10,793 bases of DNA from a bacterium (GTDB lineage: Bacteria > Zhuqueibacterota > Zhuqueibacteria > Oceanimicrobiales > Oceanimicrobiaceae), in NCBI GenBank assembly GCA_046757165.1, contig JBHHXT010000171.1:1-10793 (forward strand), written 5' to 3'. Shown piece after piece: positions 5,438 through 10,793 of the stretch. Both the position numbers and the translations under genes were made by a program. Positions within the stretch are counted from its first letter, which is position 1; every line of letters starts with the position of its first letter. The notes below the pieces were generated by a model that saw nothing but the letters and a program-made list of their open reading frames with translations, did not search any database and was not told the origin of the DNA.

Positions 5438-6526
5438 ATGACGTTGGACTTGAAACAACTCGGTTGGTGCCCTTACTTCGAACAGGCGTTCCAACCGTTC
5501 AGCCAGGATGGGTTCGATGTCGCCAGAGTGGCCGTCGAGCACCGGGACTGTTATTCGCTGTGGACTCGCCACGGCGAAGTGACCGCGGAAGTCGCCGGCA
5601 AGATGCTGCATGCCATGGAGTCCAATGCCGATTTGCCCAAAGTGGGAGACTGGGTCGTGGTCGAATTCTTCGAGGACAACCGGAAAGCGGTCATCCACGA
5701 TTTCCTGCCGAGGAAAACCAAATTCTCCCGCAAGGTGGCCGGCAAGCAATTCAACGAGCAAGTGCTGGCGACCAATATCGATGTGATTTTCATCGTGCAA
5801 AGTCTGGATGGCAATTTCAGCGTCCGCCGGTTGGAGAGAACGCTGGTGCTGGTGTTCGAAAGCGGCGCCAGGCCGGTCATCCTCTTGAACAAGACCGACC
5901 TCTGTTCGCAGGTCAGACGCCAGGTAAAGCAGGCGGCCGAGGTCGCCGACGGCGTCGAGATTCTGGCGGTCAGCGCCAGGAAGGGCAGCGGCCTGCGCAA
6001 GCTCAGGAAGCTGATCAAAGCGGGGGAGACCTACGCCTTCATCGGCTCCTCCGGTGTCGGCAAGTCCACGCTGATCAACAAAATCATTGGTCAAGAGATT
6101 CAGAAAACACAGGAAGTGCGCGCCTTCGATGCCAAAGGCCGGCACACGACCAGTCGTCGCGAGCTCATTCTGGTGCCAGGCGGGGGGTGTGTCATCGACA
6201 CGCCGGGCATGCGAGAGTTGCAGCTCTGGCACGCAGACGAGGGGTTGACGGGCACCTTCGCCGATATCGAAGAGCTGGTGGCGCAGTGTTATTTTTCCGA
6301 TTGCTCGCACACCAAAGAAATCAGGTGCGCCGTTCTCGCCGCTGTTGAGCAAGGTACGCTGGAGCGCCAGCGTTACGAAAGCTACATGAAGATGCAAAAG
6401 GAGCTGTCTTTCTTGGAAAGCAAGAAAAGCCAGAGTGGATATGCCGAGCAACGCCGAAAACAGCGGGCGCAGGGCAAGATGTACAAAAAGATCCAGGAGG
6501 GAAAGCGCAAAAGGCGGCGGCTGTGA
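5438..6526 (+). CDS. rsgA: Ribosome small subunit-dependent GTPase A (RsgA/YjeQ family)
   Basis: OB-fold region (PKVGDWV), circularly permuted G motifs NKTD, VSA, GSSGVGKSTLIN, GRHTT, DTPGMR, and a zinc site CYFSDCSHTKEIRC. Start chosen at ATG 5438 (MTLDLKQLGW) with GGTGGA upstream. Confidence 0.95.
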   Translation: MTLDLKQLGWCPYFEQAFQPFSQDGFDVARVAVEHRDCYSLWTRHGEVTAEVAGKMLHAMESNADLPKVGDWVVVEFFEDNRKAVIHDFLPRKTKFSRKVAGKQFNEQVLATNIDVIFIVQSLDGNFSVRRLERTLVLVFESGARPVILLNKTDLCSQVRRQVKQAAEVADGVEILAVSARKGSGLRKLRKLIKAGETYAFIGSSGVGKSTLINKIIGQEIQKTQEVRAFDAKGRHTTSRRELILVPGGGCVIDTPGMRELQLWHADEGLTGTFADIEELVAQCYFSDCSHTKEIRCAVLAAVEQGTLERQRYESYMKMQKELSFLESKKSQSGYAEQRRKQRAQGKMYKKIQEGKRKRRRL

Positions 6527-6620
6527 GGTTCCCGAGAAACCAACCCGTTGTTCGAGACGAAAATTCGAAATTCAGAGATCTAACCTGGAGAACGATGAAC
6601 CATGAGGTGAATCTTCAATC

Positions 6621-6649
6621 TTGACTATAACAAATTATTACTTTATCTT
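6621..6649 (+). promoter_or_regulatory. Putative sigma70-type promoter for the DUF433 TA module
   Basis: TTGACT (6621-6626), 17-bp spacer, TATCTT (6644-6649), 80 bp upstream of the ATG. GAGGTAAGGA precedes the ATG. Confidence 0.5.
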
Positions 6650-6729
6650 TTTCAATTCCGGCACTGCTAATCAAAACAATCAAAGTAGAAAAAATGAAAC
6701 ACAGGACAATTACCTGTATGAGGTAAGGA

Positions 6730-6963
6730 ATGAAAAAAAGAATTTCGGTAAATCCCAACATTCATTTTGGAAAACCTTGCATAACCGGCACTAGAATCAC
6801 CGTACAAAATGTCCTCGAGTTGATAAGGGAAGGGGTTTCCTTTGAAGAAATCACTCAAGATTATTATCCCGACCTCAAGGCGGAGGATATCAAGGCCTGC
6901 ATGCAGTATGCAATTGATGTTCTTGCCGCCGAAGATATCCACATATCAGCCGAAGTGGCATGA
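6730..6963 (+). CDS. DUF433-family putative antitoxin (VapB45-like)
   Basis: Has the characteristic RISVNPNIHFGKPCITGTRITVQNVLE...G.SFEEI..DYYPDL..EDI.AC..YA pattern. AT-rich. Its stop overlaps a downstream ATG. Confidence 0.92.
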   Translation: MKKRISVNPNIHFGKPCITGTRITVQNVLELIREGVSFEEITQDYYPDLKAEDIKACMQYAIDVLAAEDIHISAEVA

Positions 6964-7013
6964 AGTTTCTGCTAGATCAGGGAAGGCATCGGTTCAGAAA
7001 AGTTTTGGATTAG
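6960..7013 (+). pseudogene. Remnant of a DUF5615-type PIN-like toxin with an internal in-frame deletion
   Basis: ATG at 6960 overlaps the DUF433 stop (ATGA) and encodes only MKFLLDQGRHRFRKVLD*. MKFLLD is the typical first strand and first acidic residue of DUF5615 toxins, the usual DUF433 partners. GRHRFRK resembles their extreme C-terminus. Confidence 0.7.
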
Positions 7014-7128
7014 AGATCAAGGCCCTGAAGAAAAATCACTTTGCCACCGAAAGAGCGGTAACCTAACCCTGGATAAAAAAACAGAAAGATCTCGACCGGG
7101 CCTCTTCCTCAACCCCTGGCTCTTCAAA

Positions 7129-9645
7129 ATGGCGTGGCGCGACAGCCGCACGCACCGCCGCCGGCTCTTTCTCTTCATGATCTCCATCGTCATGGGCATT
7201 GCGGCCCTGGTGTCGGTGGGCTCGTTTGGAGAGAATCTGGAGCGCGCCATCGAGGATCAGGCCAAAACGCTTATGGGCGCGGACCTGATGTTCCGCAGCC
7301 TGCGTCCCTATCCGCCGGAAATAGAGGCGCTCATCGATTCCATCGGCGGCGAGCAGGCGCGCGAAACCTTGTTCGGCTCCATGGCTTACTTCCCGAAGAC
7401 GGGAGAGACCCGGCTGGTCCAGGTACGCGGCCTGCAAGGCGGATTCCCCTTTTACGGCGCCATGGAGACTGAGCCCGCCAAAGCCGCCCGGTTTTACCAG
7501 ACCGGCCCCTTTGCCCTGGTCGATGACGTCCTTTTGCACCAATTCAATCTCGTACCCGGAGACTCTATCAGAATTGGGGCCATGTCCTTTCTCATCACCG
7601 GCCGGCTCAAGAAGCTTCCCAGCGAGCCGCCCATTGCGAGCACCTTCAGCCCCCGGGTCTACGTGCCTGCCGCTTATCTGGATCAGACCCGGTTGTTGCA
7701 GCGCGGCAGTCTGGTGTACTACCGCGTCTACTTCAAACTCGACGGCGGTCGCAATCTTGACGGGCTGGTGACGGCGATCACGCCAACGCTGAACCAATAC
7801 CGCGTCAGCGTCGAGACCGTCGAACATCGAAAGCAGCAAATCGGCGACACCATGCAGGGGTTGTACCGCTTTCTCAATCTCGTCGGGTTTGTGGCTCTCA
7901 TTCTGGGCAGCATCGGCGTGGCCAGCGCAGTGCATGTCTACACCCGGCAGAAGCTCGGCAGCGTCGCCATTTTGCGCTGCCTCGGTGCGGAGGCAAAGGA
8001 AACATTTGCGATCTACCTCATTCAGGTGGCCGGCATGGCGCTGGCCGGCTCCGCGCTGGGCGCGAGTGTCGGCGTCCTCATTCAGGTGTTTCTGCCCGAA
8101 GTCTTCAGCGATTTCCTGCCGGTGCAAATCGAGAGTTTCATCGCCTGGGGCGCGGTGCTCCAAGGCATGTCGATCGGCTTGACTCTGGCGATGCTCTTTG
8201 CCCTCCTGCCCCTGCTGGCCATCCGGAAGGTTTCGCCCCTTCTGGCCCTGCGCGCGTCCTATGAAACCGGAGCGGCGCGATCGCAGGACAGGATGCGCTG
8301 GCTGCTCTACCTCTTGATCGCGGTTGCCGCTGGCGGTTTCGCCGTTTCCCAGTCTGCTGAGTGGCGGTTCGGGTTGAGTTTTGTGTTCGGCATTTTCGCG
8401 GCGCTGGCCGTGCTCGCAGGTGTGGCCAGGCTCATCATGTTGGGGGTGCGCAAGTTCTTTCCTGAATCCTGGACTTATGTCTGGCGACAGGGGCTGGCGA
8501 ACCTTTACCGTCCGAACAACCAGACGCTGGTGCTGATGCTCGCAATCGGCCTGGGCACGTTCTTGATCACCACGCTTTATCTGTCGCACGATACGCTGCT
8601 CAACAAAGTGACGTTTGTTGCCGGCGGAAACCGGCCCAATCTCATCTTGTACGATATCCAGCCGGACCAAAAGAGCGCGGTCGCGGAGACGATTCGGGCC
8701 CACGGTCTGCCGATTTTGCAGGAGGCGCCGATGGTCACCATGCGTCTTACTTCGGTGGCTGGCGAGCCGGTCGAGTCCATCCTGAGCGACACCACCCGCG
8801 ATGTCAGCCGCGGCTTGCTGCGCTGGGAGTTCCGCACAACCTACCGGGACACCTTGTTTGACTCAGAAGAGATCGTCGCAGGTTCCTGGATTCCGGAGGT
8901 GGAGGAGGGTCTGGAGGTGATTCCCATTTCGCTGGAGGCGCGTGCCGCACAACGCATGAACATGGCGCCTGGCGACACGCTGGTCTGGAACGTACAGGGC
9001 GTGCCGCTGACCACCCGAATTGCCAGCTTGCGCAAAGTCGACTGGCAGCGCATTCAGGCGAATTTCATGGTCGTCTTCCCGAAGGGCGCGCTCGAGGATG
9101 CGCCACAGATTTACATTCTGGCCACCAAAGCTCCTTCGACAGAGAAATCCGCCGGGCTGCAGCGTGAAATCGTGCGCGCGTTCCCGAATGTCTCGATGAT
9201 CGATTTGAACCTGGTGCTGAAGACAGTCGATGGCTTCCTGAGCAAGATTTCCTGGGTCATTCGCTTCATGGCATTCTTCAGCATCGTCACGGGCCTGGTG
9301 GTTTTGGTCGCTGCGGTCGTCACCAGCCGGTTTCAGCGCATTCAGGAAAGTGTGCTGCTGAGAACGCTCGGTGCCGTGCGCAAACAAGTGGTCAGCATCA
9401 TGCTGGTGGAATATATTTTTCTCGGCGGGCTGGCGGCGCTGACGGGATTGCTGCTCGCCTACCTCGGCGGTTGGGCCCTGGCTTACTTCGTTTTCGATGC
9501 CGTGTTCCTGCCGAACCCGCTGCCGTTCCTGGTTGTTTTTGTCTTCGTGACCGGCCTGACGACTTTGATCGGGATGATGAACAGTCGAGGCGTTCTGGAT
9601 CGACCGCCGCTCGAGATTCTGCGAGCTGAGGTCTCAAACGGATGA
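7129..9645 (+). CDS. ybbP: YbbP-like ABC transporter permease (two FtsX/MacB-type repeats); true start may lie slightly upstream
   Basis: 838 aa with AWRDSR at the N-terminus, two large extracytoplasmic domains, the repeated motifs AILRCLGA and VLLRTLGA, multiple TM segments and a C-terminal PPLEILR. Found with tesA and ybbA. Confidence 0.9.
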   Translation: MAWRDSRTHRRRLFLFMISIVMGIAALVSVGSFGENLERAIEDQAKTLMGADLMFRSLRPYPPEIEALIDSIGGEQARETLFGSMAYFPKTGETRLVQVRGLQGGFPFYGAMETEPAKAARFYQTGPFALVDDVLLHQFNLVPGDSIRIGAMSFLITGRLKKLPSEPPIASTFSPRVYVPAAYLDQTRLLQRGSLVYYRVYFKLDGGRNLDGLVTAITPTLNQYRVSVETVEHRKQQIGDTMQGLYRFLNLVGFVALILGSIGVASAVHVYTRQKLGSVAILRCLGAEAKETFAIYLIQVAGMALAGSALGASVGVLIQVFLPEVFSDFLPVQIESFIAWGAVLQGMSIGLTLAMLFALLPLLAIRKVSPLLALRASYETGAARSQDRMRWLLYLLIAVAAGGFAVSQSAEWRFGLSFVFGIFAALAVLAGVARLIMLGVRKFFPESWTYVWRQGLANLYRPNNQTLVLMLAIGLGTFLITTLYLSHDTLLNKVTFVAGGNRPNLILYDIQPDQKSAVAETIRAHGLPILQEAPMVTMRLTSVAGEPVESILSDTTRDVSRGLLRWEFRTTYRDTLFDSEEIVAGSWIPEVEEGLEVIPISLEARAAQRMNMAPGDTLVWNVQGVPLTTRIASLRKVDWQRIQANFMVVFPKGALEDAPQIYILATKAPSTEKSAGLQREIVRAFPNVSMIDLNLVLKTVDGFLSKISWVIRFMAFFSIVTGLVVLVAAVVTSRFQRIQESVLLRTLGAVRKQVVSIMLVEYIFLGGLAALTGLLLAYLGGWALAYFVFDAVFLPNPLPFLVVFVFVTGLTTLIGMMNSRGVLDRPPLEILRAEVSNG

Positions 9646-9652
9646 ATCGCTC

Positions 9653-10723
9653 ATGAACAAAATGAACACGACCTGGCTGAAATGGCTGGCGCTCTTTTCC
9701 ATCGCTACCTTTCTGGGTTTCTTCTTCGCCAGCCAATCCTATCTTTCCTATCTCTATCGCGGCTATGAGGCCAACTTCATGACCTCTTTGCAGTTCATCC
9801 TGCCGGATTGGTACGTGTGGGCGCTTTTTACCCCGCTCATCGTCTGGCTCGCCCGCCGCCTGCGGTTCGGGCGGGAACACTGGCTGCGCAACGTTTTCGT
9901 CCATCTCTTTGTGGGATTGCTGGTGACGGTAGCCAAGATGTTCGTGCTTTCCCTCCTGACTGGGTGGATCCCCTGGCTGCCGCATCGACCATGGTCGCTG
10001 GTTCAAACCCATCCCAATCTGGTCACCTACTGGGTGATTTTGGGATTGAGCCACGGCTTTGACTATTATCGCAAATTCAGAGAAAAGGAGCTGCGCACCT
10101 CCCAGCTCGAGGGGCGGCTGGCCAAAACCCAATTGCAGGTGCTGAAAATGCAGCTCCAGCCCCACTTTCTGTTCAACACGCTGCACGCTATCTCCGCGCT
10201 CATGCACAAAGATGTGGAGGCCGCAGACCGCATGATGGCGCGGCTCAGCGACCTGCTGCGCCTGACGCTCGAAAATACCGGCGTGCATGAAGTGTCGCTC
10301 AAACAGGAGCTGGAATTCCTCCAGGGCTACCTGGAAATCGAGCAGACCCGTTTCAAAGACCGCCTCTCCATCAGGACGGAGATCGATCCGGAGACATTGG
10401 ACGCCCGGGTACCGAATCTGCTTCTGCAACCGCTGGTGGAGAACGCCATCCGGCACGGCATCGAGCCGTACAAACGAGCAGGCAAAGTCGAAATCCTGAC
10501 CAAACGCAGCAACGGCCGGCTACAGGTGATCATCCGCGATGACGGGCCCGGCCTCGCAAATGGCAAGAAGCCGTTCGAGGAAGGGATTGGCCTGTCCAAC
10601 ACACGCGCCCGCCTCGAGCAGCTCTACGGCCAAAACTTCGAGCTCGAGCTTGGCTGCCAGAACGAGCATGGCTTTGTGGTGAATCTGAGCATTCCGCTTA
10701 TTCTTGCCACGGATTTACACTGA
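9653..10723 (+). CDS. LytS/YehU-family membrane sensor histidine kinase
   Basis: About four N-terminal TM segments, H-box QLQPHFLFNTLHAI, YLEIEQTRF, LQPLVENAIRHG, DDGPG, GIGLSN. A LytTR regulator would be expected beyond the window. Confidence 0.93.
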   Translation: MNKMNTTWLKWLALFSIATFLGFFFASQSYLSYLYRGYEANFMTSLQFILPDWYVWALFTPLIVWLARRLRFGREHWLRNVFVHLFVGLLVTVAKMFVLSLLTGWIPWLPHRPWSLVQTHPNLVTYWVILGLSHGFDYYRKFREKELRTSQLEGRLAKTQLQVLKMQLQPHFLFNTLHAISALMHKDVEAADRMMARLSDLLRLTLENTGVHEVSLKQELEFLQGYLEIEQTRFKDRLSIRTEIDPETLDARVPNLLLQPLVENAIRHGIEPYKRAGKVEILTKRSNGRLQVIIRDDGPGLANGKKPFEEGIGLSNTRARLEQLYGQNFELELGCQNEHGFVVNLSIPLILATDLH

Positions 10724-10772
10724 TTGCCACGGATACGAACGGCTTCGTCAAAACACGGTCACAGGCCGTGTT
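10704..10772. repeat. CACGGAT-type periodic repeat with small hairpins, overlapping the kinase stop codon
   Basis: TTGCCACGGAT at 10704-10714 and 10724-10734, with the variant CACTGAT supplying the TGA (10721-10723). Hairpins ACGAA-CGGC-TTCGT (10735-10748) and AACACGG...CCGTGTT (10752-10772). Confidence 0.55.
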
Positions 10773-10793
10773 GGATCAGAACTGGCTGCAACC

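Noticed and set aside
6694..6726. 10-codon ORF MKHRTITCMR upstream of DUF433
   Set aside because: No clear RBS or recognisable features, and such ORFs are expected by chance in AT-rich DNA.
6578..7067. Integron attC sites (RYYYAAC at 6578-6584 and 7061-7067)
   Set aside because: No matching GTTRRRY or attC-like inverted structure follows either site, and there is no integrase.
4347..10602. Long antisense or overlapping ORFs (4347-5012, 5288-6451, 5353-6348, 7063-8703, 9398-10456)
   Set aside because: They overlap well-supported genes and are explained by codon bias. No domain signatures.

Overview
Bacterial window with GC-rich core genes and two AT-rich toxin-antitoxin (TA) insertions. Left to right: (1) the 3' part of a PIN-domain toxin coupled by an ATGA overlap to a small putative antitoxin; (2) a 738-aa minus-strand fusion of a PLP-dependent NifS/selenocysteine-lyase-like domain to a Cys-type selenophosphate synthetase (SelD), with a hairpin over its ribosome-binding site; (3) a tesA/ybbA/ybbP-type locus (SGNH esterase divergent from an ABC ATPase and FtsX-like permease) whose ATPase and permease genes are separated by about 2 kb carrying rsgA and a DUF433 antitoxin with an internally deleted DUF5615-type toxin; (4) a LytS/YehU-family sensor kinase. 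Most longer intergenic gaps hold short palindromic or periodic REP/MITE-like elements, including a dispersed repeat present twice (584-730, 4266-4356), and no transposase is visible. The best candidates for new biology are the NifS-SelD fusion with its possible SECIS-like leader and the modular repeat elements with GNA-triloop minihairpins. Family calls come from motif recognition by eye, not from database searches.
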